A DNA stretch of 25,743 nt from the NCBI GenBank assembly GCA_041686025.1, contig JAWLEP010000002.1, positions 73,671 to 99,413 of the forward strand, written 5' to 3'. Positions within the stretch are counted from its first letter, which is position 1. The number at the start of each line of letters is the position of its first letter. The DNA is from Candidatus Fermentibacteraceae bacterium. GTDB lineage: Bacteria; Fermentibacterota; Fermentibacteria; Fermentibacterales; JCC-6. Both the position numbers and the translations under genes were made by a program. Of this stretch, positions 1 through 8,809 are shown in pieces. The notes under the pieces are model-generated. The model worked only from the letters and a program-made list of their open reading frames with translations, was not told the origin of the DNA and made no database searches.

Positions 1-60
1 AAGGCGGGGGAGTTCAGCTGGCGAAGGTACGCCGAGGTCCTGCTGGAGAGCCTGCGATGA
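1..60 (+). CDS. 3' end of a probable GT4-family glycosyltransferase (partial)
   Basis: Frame 1 reads KAGEFSWRRYAEVLLESLR*. An FSW motif near the C-terminus is typical of GT4 enzymes. The stop overlaps the next ATG (ATGA, 57-60). Only 19 residues are visible. Confidence 0.5.
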   Translation, partial: KAGEFSWRRYAEVLLESLR

Positions 61-947
61 AGGTCCTGCTCACGGGGGCCGGCGGATTCATCGGAAGGCA
101 TGTGCGGGCCGTGCTGCGCGACCTCTCTCACCGGGTGGTGGCGCACGTTCACTCCCGCGACGGCGAGCTGGATGAGGGCAGCCTGCCCTCCGGGCTGGAT
201 GCGGTGGTGAACTGCGCCGGAAGGCTGGGGGGACAGGGGGCGACGCCGGCGGAGATGCGGGCGGCCAACGTGGCCCTTCCCGCCAGGCTGGCCCGGCTCT
301 GCGCCGCCCGGGGCATGCCGATGGTCCATCTCAGCACTCCGGGCGTCACCGGACTCCTTCCCGAAGCGGGAGAGGACCTGCCCCCGGCGCCCTGGGGCGA
401 ATACGAGCGCACGAAGGCCGAGGCCGAGGAGGTCCTCCAGCGGACGCTGCCCCCGAAGCTCCTCACCGTGCTGAGGCCCGACTTCGTCTACGGCCCCGGC
501 GACACCCACAAGCTGGCCATGTTCAGGCAGGTATCCAGAGGCTGGTTCCCCCTTGTGGGCGAGGGGGATGCCCTGCTCCGGCCCACATACGTCTCCGATG
601 TGGCCCGCTCCGTGGCGGAGTCCCTGCCGGGGGGCCGGTTGGCCGGGGGCCTGTACAACATCGGCGGCCCCGAAGTTGTAAGCGTCAGGGAGCTGGTGGG
701 CCTGATCGGCGGGGCTCTGGGCAGACGCGTCCTCACCCTGCCGGTTCCCAGACCGCTGCTGCGCGCCTGCCTGCGACTGGGCCCCCTCCATCCCCCTTCC
801 CTTTCCGAGAGCAGGCTCAGGCTCTTCGGGGAGGACCATTACGTAGACGTGGAGAAGGCCGCCGCCGCCGGGTTCCGGCCCCGGGTGGCTCCCCCGGAGG
901 GCATTGCGGCCACGGTGGACTGGTACAGGCGAAGGCGGATGCTGTGA
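57..947 (+). CDS. NAD-dependent epimerase/dehydratase (extended SDR)
   Basis: N-terminal TGAGGFIG Rossmann motif, YERTK (YxxxK), LRPDFVYGPGD and YNIGG. Confidence 0.9.
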   Translation: MKVLLTGAGGFIGRHVRAVLRDLSHRVVAHVHSRDGELDEGSLPSGLDAVVNCAGRLGGQGATPAEMRAANVALPARLARLCAARGMPMVHLSTPGVTGLLPEAGEDLPPAPWGEYERTKAEAEEVLQRTLPPKLLTVLRPDFVYGPGDTHKLAMFRQVSRGWFPLVGEGDALLRPTYVSDVARSVAESLPGGRLAGGLYNIGGPEVVSVRELVGLIGGALGRRVLTLPVPRPLLRACLRLGPLHPPSLSESRLRLFGEDHYVDVEKAAAAGFRPRVAPPEGIAATVDWYRRRRML

Positions 948-1894
948 CCGGCGAGGGCCTGCGGCGCAAGCTCAGGGTCGTCGGCTGGGTCCTCCTGGCC
1001 TGCCTGGTGGTGGCGACGGCATGGATAGTGGCCCGCCGGGGCGGCCACTGGCTTGCCCAGGTTTCCGCCCACTCATGGCGGCTCTCCTGGCACAGCCTGG
1101 CCGTATCCGCGGTGCTGCTGCTGTACAGCCTCTGGCTGATACCCGAGGGATGGGTGAGGATCTGCAGGGCGCTGGGCAGCCGGGAGCCCAGGAGACTTCT
1201 GCGGGCGGTATGGTTCGCCAGCCAGCTGGGGCGCTACGTGCCGGGCAAGATCTGGCTCTTCGCCGGCAGGGCCGGCTTCCTCCGCGGAAGGGGCATGAGA
1301 ATGTCCCGGGCCGCCGCGGCTCCGGTGGCCGAGCTGCTTTTCACCGCCGCCGCCGCAGGCGTCTCCAGCCTGGCCGGGCTGCTCATCTGGGGCGGCGGAA
1401 TGGCCGACCACCTTCTGTACATGCTGCTGGCGGCTTCGGGGCTGGCCGTCCTTCTGCCCTTCCTGCATCCCCTTCAGAGGCTGCTTGTCAGGATGCGGGG
1501 CGGTCCCGCCGAGTCCGAGGCGCCGCTGAACCTCCCGGCATCGCAGAGCTTCCTGCTGCTGGGGCTCTACTCCGGCCTGTGGATCATGCGGGCACTGGCG
1601 CTGCTGGTCTGGCTTCGGGGGTTCGGGATCGAGGGGGTGGGCTTCGGAGCCTGTCTGGCCGGCATTCCGCTGTCATGGCTGGCCGGCTACGCCGCCTTCT
1701 TCGTCCCCGGGGGCATAGGCGTAAGGGAAGCCGCCCTGGTGGGCATCCTGTCGGCCGGGGGAGACACGGGGCCGCTGCTGGTGGCGGTGGCCGGCCAGCG
1801 TCTGCTGCTCTCCCTGGGCGAGCTGGCTCTGGGACTGTTATCTTTCGGGGCGTTCGGAAAATGGCGGAAAGAGACCGAGGAGACCCCCAAATGA
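944..1894 (+). CDS. Lysylphosphatidylglycerol-synthase TM domain (flippase-like) membrane protein
   Basis: Multi-pass hydrophobic protein with SQLGRYVPGKIW and PGGIGVRE motifs. GTGA overlap with the upstream gene. No DUF2156 aminoacyl-transferase domain. Confidence 0.75.
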   Translation: MTGEGLRRKLRVVGWVLLACLVVATAWIVARRGGHWLAQVSAHSWRLSWHSLAVSAVLLLYSLWLIPEGWVRICRALGSREPRRLLRAVWFASQLGRYVPGKIWLFAGRAGFLRGRGMRMSRAAAAPVAELLFTAAAAGVSSLAGLLIWGGGMADHLLYMLLAASGLAVLLPFLHPLQRLLVRMRGGPAESEAPLNLPASQSFLLLGLYSGLWIMRALALLVWLRGFGIEGVGFGACLAGIPLSWLAGYAAFFVPGGIGVREAALVGILSAGGDTGPLLVAVAGQRLLLSLGELALGLLSFGAFGKWRKETEETPK

Positions 1895-4191
1895 AGCACA
1901 GCATCGGATTCCCGGCCGCGGCGGGACTGATCCTCGCGCTGGCCGTTCTCACATACTGGCCCGTACTCCTCCAGGGCAGGCTGCCGGGGGGAGAGCTCAG
2001 CGACACCACGTCCCAGGGATATCCCTTCATGCTCTACGTGGAGAGGTCGCTGGACGGGGGCCACCTTCCGCTGTGGAATCCCTACGTCTTCTGCGGCATT
2101 CCCTTCTACTCCTCCTTCTCGGCTCCGGTGTTCCACCCGGTCCGCGGTCTGCTGATGGTCCTGGGCGGCGCGGAGGCCTTCATCAGGTTCACCTTTCCCA
2201 TACACATGGTCCTGGCGGGGATCTTCGCCTGGCTGTTCCTGGGGTCTCTGGGACTGGGACGGTGGGCGAGGCTGGTGGGAGCGGCGGCCTATGCCGCCGG
2301 AGCGTGGTCCAACACCCTCTTCTACGCCGGCCACGGCAGCAAGGTGGTCTGCTGGAGCCTGCTTCCCCTGGCCCTGTACGGATGCGAGCGGTGGATGAGG
2401 TCGGGGAGGGTCGTATTCGCGGGACTGGCCGGACTGGCCCTGGGCCTGCAGGGACTGGCCAGCCATCCGCAGATGATGCTCTACACCGGCGGGGCGGTTC
2501 TCATATGGCTGGCCTGGCGGGCGGGTCAGATCGGCGGAGGAAGGGCCTGGGTCCGGGCCGGGTCGGGCCTGGCGGCGGTGGCCCTGCTGGGGCTGGCCAT
2601 AGGAGCTGTGCAGCTGCTGCCCGGCTACAACTTCTCGCAGGTCTCCACCAGGGGCGGGAACCTCTCCCCGGAGACGGCGGCCAGCTACTCCCTCCCCCCC
2701 GAGGAAACGCTGACCATGGCCTTCCCCCGGCTCTTCGGCCTGCGGCACGGCTTCCCGGGCAGCAGCGTGGCCGGGGTTCCCGTCTACTTCGGAAGGCTGG
2801 GACTGCGGCTGAGCAGCGAGTTCCTGGGGGTATCCGTATTCGCCCTGGCCATCATCGGCATCATCCTGGCGGGACGCAGAAGACGGTGGCCCCTGCTGGG
2901 AATAGGCCTGGCGGGCCTGCTGGTCTCCTGGGGCGGGTATACGCCCCTCTTCGACGTCCTGTACACCGTAGTGCCCCTGTTCCGAAAGCTGCGCGCACCC
3001 CACATGGCCGCCTTCCTCACCACGTCGGGGCTCTCTCTCATGGCCGCCTACGGCCTGCACGCACTGAGGCGGGAGGGGGCTCCTCTGGCCAGGGTCCGCA
3101 ACGGCCTTCTCGTCGGCTCGGGGGCCTGCCTGCTCCTGCTGCTGGCCGCAGGGCCCATCTCCGAGGCCCTGCAGTCGGGATGGTGGCGGAGGATGGGGGT
3201 CCCCGGGGGCATCGGCTACGGCGGGGTCATCTCCAGGCGGGTCTCCCTGGCCAGGATGGACTTCGCACAGGCGGCCGCAGTCCTGCTGGCAATGGCCGGG
3301 CTGGTGGAGGCTCGCGCCAGAAGGAGGATCCCGGGCTGGGGCCTGCCCGCGGGGGTGGTTCTGCTGGCTGCCCTGGAGCTGGTGCCCTTCAACCGGGACT
3401 TCCAGGTCTACCTCCATCATCATGACGTGGAAGGCGTAGTGGGAAGCAATGACAGGATGGCCGAGCTGGCCGGGACGGGACGGGTATATCCCGGCGGCAA
3501 CCACCTGGTCCCGGACTCGATCCACTCCGTGGCCGGCTACCATGCGGCCAAGCCCGCCGTCACCGAGGACCTGCTCTCGGTCCTCTCCAGCGGGAGCCCC
3601 GCCGCCCTGCGCCAGACGGCGGCCACGGTCTTCACTCTGCAGGGCAGCACCTTGACCTACCAGCAGCTGAGGCAGGCCCTGGCCTCCGACACCTCCGGAC
3701 AGGCCAGGGAGATGGTCGGGCGGATGCCGGAACGGCCGCTTCCCCGGGCCTTCCTTGCCGACTCCTACCTGGTTGCCAGGCCGGGTGACATAGAGCGTTC
3801 CCTCTCGGTGGGGTACGACCCGCAGGCCTTCACCCTCCTGGCCGAGAGCCCCGATCTGCCGGCGGGAGTGTCGGGAAACGGAACGGTAAGGCTGATCGAG
3901 GAGACCCCGGTCTCCCTGGAGCTCGAGGTGGAGTCGGAGGGGCCGGGGCTGCTGGTACTGGCGGACACCTGGGACCCCGGGTGGAGGGCCAGCGTTGACG
4001 GTCTCGCCACCGGGGTCCTGCAGGCCAACCACTGGCAGCGAGCCGTTGCCGTCCCCGACGGCAGCCACCGGGTCCTCTTCCGGTACGACGCCTCCGACGT
4101 GAAGACAGGTGGTCTGATAACCGCCCTGGCCACCCTCCTGCTGGTCGCCGTGGCCTTCGCCGACCGGTGGCGCAGGGGAAGGGGATCTTGA
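1891..4191 (+). CDS. YfhO-family GT-C-fold membrane glycosyltransferase (766 aa)
   Basis: Start reassigned to ATG 1891 (ATGA overlap; MKHSIGF...). PLWNPYVFCGIP in the first loop, many TM helices, and a C-terminal GLLVLADTWDPGWRASVDG...AVAVPDGSHRVLFRY YfhO signature followed by a final TM helix. Confidence 0.8.
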   Translation: MKHSIGFPAAAGLILALAVLTYWPVLLQGRLPGGELSDTTSQGYPFMLYVERSLDGGHLPLWNPYVFCGIPFYSSFSAPVFHPVRGLLMVLGGAEAFIRFTFPIHMVLAGIFAWLFLGSLGLGRWARLVGAAAYAAGAWSNTLFYAGHGSKVVCWSLLPLALYGCERWMRSGRVVFAGLAGLALGLQGLASHPQMMLYTGGAVLIWLAWRAGQIGGGRAWVRAGSGLAAVALLGLAIGAVQLLPGYNFSQVSTRGGNLSPETAASYSLPPEETLTMAFPRLFGLRHGFPGSSVAGVPVYFGRLGLRLSSEFLGVSVFALAIIGIILAGRRRRWPLLGIGLAGLLVSWGGYTPLFDVLYTVVPLFRKLRAPHMAAFLTTSGLSLMAAYGLHALRREGAPLARVRNGLLVGSGACLLLLLAAGPISEALQSGWWRRMGVPGGIGYGGVISRRVSLARMDFAQAAAVLLAMAGLVEARARRRIPGWGLPAGVVLLAALELVPFNRDFQVYLHHHDVEGVVGSNDRMAELAGTGRVYPGGNHLVPDSIHSVAGYHAAKPAVTEDLLSVLSSGSPAALRQTAATVFTLQGSTLTYQQLRQALASDTSGQAREMVGRMPERPLPRAFLADSYLVARPGDIERSLSVGYDPQAFTLLAESPDLPAGVSGNGTVRLIEETPVSLELEVESEGPGLLVLADTWDPGWRASVDGLATGVLQANHWQRAVAVPDGSHRVLFRYDASDVKTGGLITALATLLLVAVAFADRWRRGRGS

Positions 4192-6293
4192 GCAGACACC
4201 GGAGACTCTTCCACCACATCTCCACCTGGGGCGGAGTGGTCCTGCTCGCGGGTGCGGGGGTCTACTTCGCCCTGGAGCTGTGGCCCCGCTGGCAGCCGGA
4301 GCTGCAGAGGTTCTGGGAGGGCTCCCGGGACAACGCCAGCTGGCCCACCCTGGTGCTCTCCTTCCTCCTTCTGTGGGGCGGCTACTACTTCGCCCCCCAC
4401 GCCTGGGCCAGGATCCTCCAGGCGCTGAAGACCCCGGCCATAGACCGCGGCAGGCTCCGGCGGAACTGGTTCACCACCCAGATGGGGGCCTACGTTCCCG
4501 GAAAGGTCTGGATGGTGGTGGGGCGGGTGAGCTTCCTGGGGAGCAACGGGGTCAGCTCGGTGAAGGGCTTCACCGCCCTGATACTGGAGAACATCTACAT
4601 GATGGTGGCTCTGAGCATACTGGCCCTGGTGGCCCTTCCCTTCCTCAGCCTGGCGGACGTACCCCTGGCGGTGATCATCGTCCTCTGGGTATCCGTGGGC
4701 CTGGCCGTGCTTATGCTGTTCGCCCCCGGAATCCAGCGCCGCATAGCCCGGGCCTTCAGCCACCGCATGGGCACGGACATCGAGGACCTGCCGCACATAT
4801 CCCACCGCCACCAGGCCGGCTTCATCGGCTACCACCTGCTGTCCTGGGGGCTGCGGGGCCTGGCGCTGTACACCTGGTTCAGGGGCTTCGGGGTCCCCTC
4901 CTCCGACCCCTCCTACGCCATGGTGGCCGTGTGCCTCCTGGCCGCGCCCGCCTCCTGGCTGGTGGCCCTGGCCATGGTCTTCATCCCCGGCGGCATAGGG
5001 GTCCGGGAGTCGGTACGGGGCCTGCTGCTCTCGGGGTTCGTCCCGGGGGGCATGGCGGTGGCCACCACCATCGCCCTGGGCCAGAGGCTCATAGTGCTGC
5101 TGGTGGAGGGGGGGTTCGCCCTGCAGGCGGTGATCCACGACTTCCTCCAGAAGCGCTATCCGGTGAAGATGAACCACCTCAGCCAGCTGTCCCACCTGGC
5201 CTGGAGCATGGCCACCTCCATGCTCGCCAGGCTGGGCCTGGCCAAGCCGCCGCACCCCATAAACGTCACCTTCTCGGTTACCATGAGGTGCCAGTCGCGC
5301 TGCAAGACCTGCTTCATCTGGAAGCATCGGCCCCAGGGGGAGGAGCTGGACCTTCCCGGGATTGAGATGCTCTTTCGCTCCATAGGCTGGACCTACTTCT
5401 TCAACGTCTCCGGCGGCGAGCCCTTCCTGCGTGACGACCTGCCCGAGATCGTCCGCCTTGCCTGCAGGCACATGCATCCGGCGGTGGTCCACATACCCAC
5501 CAATGCCCTCATGCCGGAGCGGGTGGAAGAGCTCACCGAGAGGATCCTCCTGGCCATCGAGGAGGAGGCCCCCGGTACGGTGCTGACCATCAAGCCCTCC
5601 ATGGACGGGGTGGGCGAGCTTCACGACGAGATCCGGGGCGTCCCCGGAAACTTCGAGAAGCTGCTGGACACACTGGACAGGCTGAAGGAGCTGCGCGAGA
5701 TGCACAAGTACCTGCACGTCGGCGTGGGTACGGTGATATCGCGCTACAACGCAGACCGGCTGGGGGAGATCATCGAGTTCGCCCGCAGCCTGGACGTGGA
5801 CACCTACATCAACGAGATAGCGGAGGAGCGGCAGGAGTTCTACAACATAGGAAGCGGCATCACCCCGCAGGGCAGCAGGTACGGGGAGATCATGCAGACC
5901 TTCGGGGAATCCGTGGCCCGGCAGATGCGCGACATGCATCTCTTGGGCAGGATCACCACTGCCTTCAGGCTGGTCTACTACGACCTGGTGGTCCGCATAC
6001 TGGAGGAGGACCGCCAGGTGATCCCCTGCTACGCCGGCATCCTCAACGTGCACGTGAACGCCGACGGCTCCGTGTGGCCATGTGCCGTCCTGGCCTACTC
6101 CGGGGAGATGGGCGTCCTGGAGGACGGCAGGGACTTCCGTGAGATATGGGACTCCAACACCGCATGGAAGGTCCGCCGGTCCATACGTCGCGGCGAGTGC
6201 GCCTGCCCCCTGGCCAACCAGGCATACTCCAACATCCTTCTCCATCCCCCCTCCCTGCTCAAGGCGGTCTGGATAGCCGTCAGGGGCGGCTGA
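4188..6293 (+). CDS. Fusion of an LPG-synthase-TM flippase-like domain and a radical SAM enzyme with a twitch/SPASM-type auxiliary domain (701 aa)
   Basis: Probable TTG start at 4188 (TTGA overlap, purine-rich RBS); GTG 4167 is an alternative. The N-half has TQMGAYVPGKVW and PGGIGVRE. The C-half has CQSRCKTC (5289-5312), SGGEPFLR, PTNA, SMDG...HDEIRG and a C-terminal C-x17-C-x38-C-x-C. Confidence 0.85.
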   Translation: MSRHRRLFHHISTWGGVVLLAGAGVYFALELWPRWQPELQRFWEGSRDNASWPTLVLSFLLLWGGYYFAPHAWARILQALKTPAIDRGRLRRNWFTTQMGAYVPGKVWMVVGRVSFLGSNGVSSVKGFTALILENIYMMVALSILALVALPFLSLADVPLAVIIVLWVSVGLAVLMLFAPGIQRRIARAFSHRMGTDIEDLPHISHRHQAGFIGYHLLSWGLRGLALYTWFRGFGVPSSDPSYAMVAVCLLAAPASWLVALAMVFIPGGIGVRESVRGLLLSGFVPGGMAVATTIALGQRLIVLLVEGGFALQAVIHDFLQKRYPVKMNHLSQLSHLAWSMATSMLARLGLAKPPHPINVTFSVTMRCQSRCKTCFIWKHRPQGEELDLPGIEMLFRSIGWTYFFNVSGGEPFLRDDLPEIVRLACRHMHPAVVHIPTNALMPERVEELTERILLAIEEEAPGTVLTIKPSMDGVGELHDEIRGVPGNFEKLLDTLDRLKELREMHKYLHVGVGTVISRYNADRLGEIIEFARSLDVDTYINEIAEERQEFYNIGSGITPQGSRYGEIMQTFGESVARQMRDMHLLGRITTAFRLVYYDLVVRILEEDRQVIPCYAGILNVHVNADGSVWPCAVLAYSGEMGVLEDGRDFREIWDSNTAWKVRRSIRRGECACPLANQAYSNILLHPPSLLKAVWIAVRGG

Positions 6294-6355
6294 GACCTCT
6301 TCCACAGCGACATCACTCGCATTATTCCGACCATGACCATTTCATTACAAAAAAT

Positions 6356-6384
6356 TTGACAGTCGAGCAATATTTTTTTAGTGT
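6356..6384 (+). promoter_or_regulatory. sigma70-type promoter for the 6443 gene
   Basis: TTGACA (6356-6361), 17-nt spacer, TAGTGT (6379-6384), with an A-tract upstream, in an AT-rich intergenic island. Confidence 0.65.
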
Positions 6385-6442
6385 ACTCCTCCGTTCGAGC
6401 GGGTTGCTCGAATTGTGACTACACCGAAGGGAGTTACCAACG

Positions 6443-7708
6443 ATGCGAGCACTTCTTCTTGCAGCTCTGGCAGTATCTGCAGCCATGGCCTTCTCCGGCG
6501 AGGACGTGCAGTGGGAGGACCTGGCCATGGAGTCCACGGTGAGCAACTGCATCACCTGGGACGACAACGGCGGCAGGATGCTGGTGGGCACCTACGAGGG
6601 ATTCCACAGCTGGGACATCGCCGCCGGCGAGTGGACGGTGGTGGAGGAGAACGGCATGGTGGGCCGCGAGGTCTACTGCATAGACGCGGGAACGACCCAG
6701 CCGGACATCATCATCACCGGACGAGCCACCGCCTTCGACAAGGGCTACATGGACGCGTCCTTCGACTTCGGCGAGAACTGGGACTACTACCACAGCAGCG
6801 CGGGCGGGGCCTTCTGGGCCCTCCACCAGGACGTGTCGGTGGCCGGCCGCTTCTACAGCGGCGCCATTTCCGACATCGAGCCCGGCGATCTCCTGGTTAC
6901 CGACGACAACGGCCAGAGCTGGACCGCCCTGGAGAAGCCCCAGAGCGCCATTACGGACATCACCCAGAACCTCATGGGCACGCTCTACACCTGCGGAGTC
7001 CCCTACGTCTACAAAAGCGACGACGGCGGGACCACCTGGGAGGAGGCCGCCGGCGGCCTCAGCAGCGGGACCATCTTCTACTCCATAGCTACCGAAGGCA
7101 TGGATCCCGACGTCCTGGTCTGCTCCGACGAGAACGGCATCTACAGGACCACCGACGGCGGAGAGAGCTGGACACAGGTGGGCGACCAGTGCTGCATGGA
7201 GATAGAGTACTGCCCCGGCGAGCCGACGAAGCTGGCGGCCGTAACCCTCTCAGGCGGCGTCCTGGGCAGCACCGACGGCGGCGAGACCTGGTTCGACATC
7301 ACCGGGGACCTGCCGGGGTACCCCATGGAGCTCGCCTTCTGCGGGGATGACGATCATCTCTACGTGGCCACGATGTACGAGGGCACCTACAGGACCCCTG
7401 CGACCTACACCGGAACCGCGGGGGAAACCGGCGCCCAGACGGGCCCCGGCGCCCTCTCGCTGAGCGTCAGCCCCAACCCGGTGACAGCCACCGCGGCGGT
7501 ATCCTACACCCTGCCGCAGGCAGGCACGGTCCGGCTGGACGTCTTCGACGTCACCGGCAGGCTGGTGCGCACTCTGGACGGCGGCCAGATGGAGGCCGGC
7601 GCCCATCAGTCGCTGATCAGCGTATCCGACAGCGATCCGGGAGTGCTCTTCGTAAGGCTCTCCACTGAGTCCGCGTCTGCTGTCCAGAAGGTACTGGTAA
7701 GCAGGTAG
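6443..7708 (+). CDS. Secreted BNR/Asp-box beta-propeller protein with T9SS-type/FlgD-Ig C-terminal domain
   Basis: Signal peptide MRALLLAALAVSAAMA. Asp-boxes SFDFGENW, TDDNGQSW, SDDGGTTW, TTDGGESW and STDGGETW. CTD reads SPNPV...FDVTGRLVRTL...GVLFVRL...KVLVSR. RBS AAGGGAG. Confidence 0.85.
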   Translation: MRALLLAALAVSAAMAFSGEDVQWEDLAMESTVSNCITWDDNGGRMLVGTYEGFHSWDIAAGEWTVVEENGMVGREVYCIDAGTTQPDIIITGRATAFDKGYMDASFDFGENWDYYHSSAGGAFWALHQDVSVAGRFYSGAISDIEPGDLLVTDDNGQSWTALEKPQSAITDITQNLMGTLYTCGVPYVYKSDDGGTTWEEAAGGLSSGTIFYSIATEGMDPDVLVCSDENGIYRTTDGGESWTQVGDQCCMEIEYCPGEPTKLAAVTLSGGVLGSTDGGETWFDITGDLPGYPMELAFCGDDDHLYVATMYEGTYRTPATYTGTAGETGAQTGPGALSLSVSPNPVTATAAVSYTLPQAGTVRLDVFDVTGRLVRTLDGGQMEAGAHQSLISVSDSDPGVLFVRLSTESASAVQKVLVSR

Positions 7709-7715
7709 CAGCCGG

Positions 7716-8357
7716 CTAGACCTTCCCGAAGGCCGTTCCCCTCAGCCTGCCGAGGGGGACGGCCCCCTCGCGCAGAAGCTCCATCTCCCCGTCGCTGACC
7801 CTGGCCACTGTGGAGGGAGGCCGGGGCGGCAGCTCCCCTCCGTCCAGCACCAGAGCGCACCCGGCGGTGATACAGTCATCCACCTCCGTCACGCTGAGCG
7901 GGTGGGCGGCCCCGGCGGGGTTGGCACTGGTGCTGGCCAGCGGACGGCCCAGCCCGGATAGCAGCCCCCGGGAGAGGGGGTCTGCCGGCCGTCGGAGGGC
8001 GATCTCACCGGACTTGCTCAGCACGTGGGGAAGGGTCTTCTCGCCGGCGGGCAGCACCAGGGTCAGCGGACCGGGCCAGAAGGCCGCCGCCAGGCGCAGG
8101 GCCCCCCGGGAGAACCGGGCCAGCCGCCGGGCGGTCTCCATTCCGTCCACCAGGACGATGAAGGGCCTGGGCCGGGGGTATCCCTTCAGGCGGGCCATGC
8201 CGGCCACCGCTTCCGGGGCGGTTGCGTCGCAGAGCAGGCCGTATACGGTGTCCGACGGGTAGAGGACCGCGCCCCCCCCATCGAGAACGCGGGAGGCCCT
8301 GGCCAGGGCCTCCCGCTCCGGTTGGTCCAGACTGACGCGCAGGCGCTCTTCGATCAG
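7716..8357 (-). CDS. tsaC: L-threonylcarbamoyladenylate synthase (TsaC/Sua5/YrdC family), probable CTG start
   Basis: The frame continues upstream of the tracked start at 8207 through GGGAVLYPSDTVYGLLCD. It also has FWPGPLTLVL, STSAN, LVLDGG and PSTV. CTG 8357 overlaps the purE stop. The start position is uncertain. Confidence 0.8.
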   Translation of the reverse strand: MIEERLRVSLDQPEREALARASRVLDGGGAVLYPSDTVYGLLCDATAPEAVAGMARLKGYPRPRPFIVLVDGMETARRLARFSRGALRLAAAFWPGPLTLVLPAGEKTLPHVLSKSGEIALRRPADPLSRGLLSGLGRPLASTSANPAGAAHPLSVTEVDDCITAGCALVLDGGELPPRPPSTVARVSDGEMELLREGAVPLGRLRGTAFGKV

Positions 8358-8809
8358 CCTTCCAGCCTCTCCCGCAGCCTTCCGGCCAGGTCGTCACCGC
8401 CCAGGGCCAGTATCCTGGCCGCCAGCCAGGCTGCGTTCCGCGCGCCGTGCGAACCTATGGCCACGGTGGCCACCGGCACTCCCTTGGGCATCTGGACCGT
8501 GGAGAGAAGGGCATCCAGTCCGCCCAGGCCTCCGGCCTCCAGGGGAACGCCGATCACGGGGAGACGGGAGTGCGCGGCCACCGCCCCCGCCAGGTGCGCG
8601 GCCAGCCCCGCGCCCGCTATCAGCACCCTGATGCCCCGTCCGGCTGCCCCGGAGGCGTACTCCGCCACCTTCTCCGGGGTGCGGTGGGCGGACATGACAC
8701 TGATCTCGTGGGGAATGCCCAGCTCTTCCAGCACCGCCGTGCCCTTCTCCATGGTCTTGCGGTCGCTCTCGCTGCCCATCAGCACTCCCACTACCGGCCC
8801 GTCGGACAT
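8354..8809 (-). CDS. purE: N5-carboxyaminoimidazole ribonucleotide mutase
   Basis: MGSESD, SAHRTP, AGAGLAAHLAG, PVIGVP and DALLSTVQMPKGVPVATV. Confidence 0.95.
   Translation of the reverse strand: MSDGPVVGVLMGSESDRKTMEKGTAVLEELGIPHEISVMSAHRTPEKVAEYASGAAGRGIRVLIAGAGLAAHLAGAVAAHSRLPVIGVPLEAGGLGGLDALLSTVQMPKGVPVATVAIGSHGARNAAWLAARILALGGDDLAGRLRERLEG

Noticed and set aside
904..1890. N-terminal extension giving a 1095-aa ORF
   Set aside because: It overlaps the 944-1894 gene in another frame and is R/G/P-rich. The YfhO-like sequence starts at the coupled ATG 1891.
5169..6442. RiPP cluster (radical SAM/SPASM plus precursor peptide)
   Set aside because: No credible short precursor ORF or RRE domain is present, the enzyme has only four auxiliary Cys, and the context is glycosylation.
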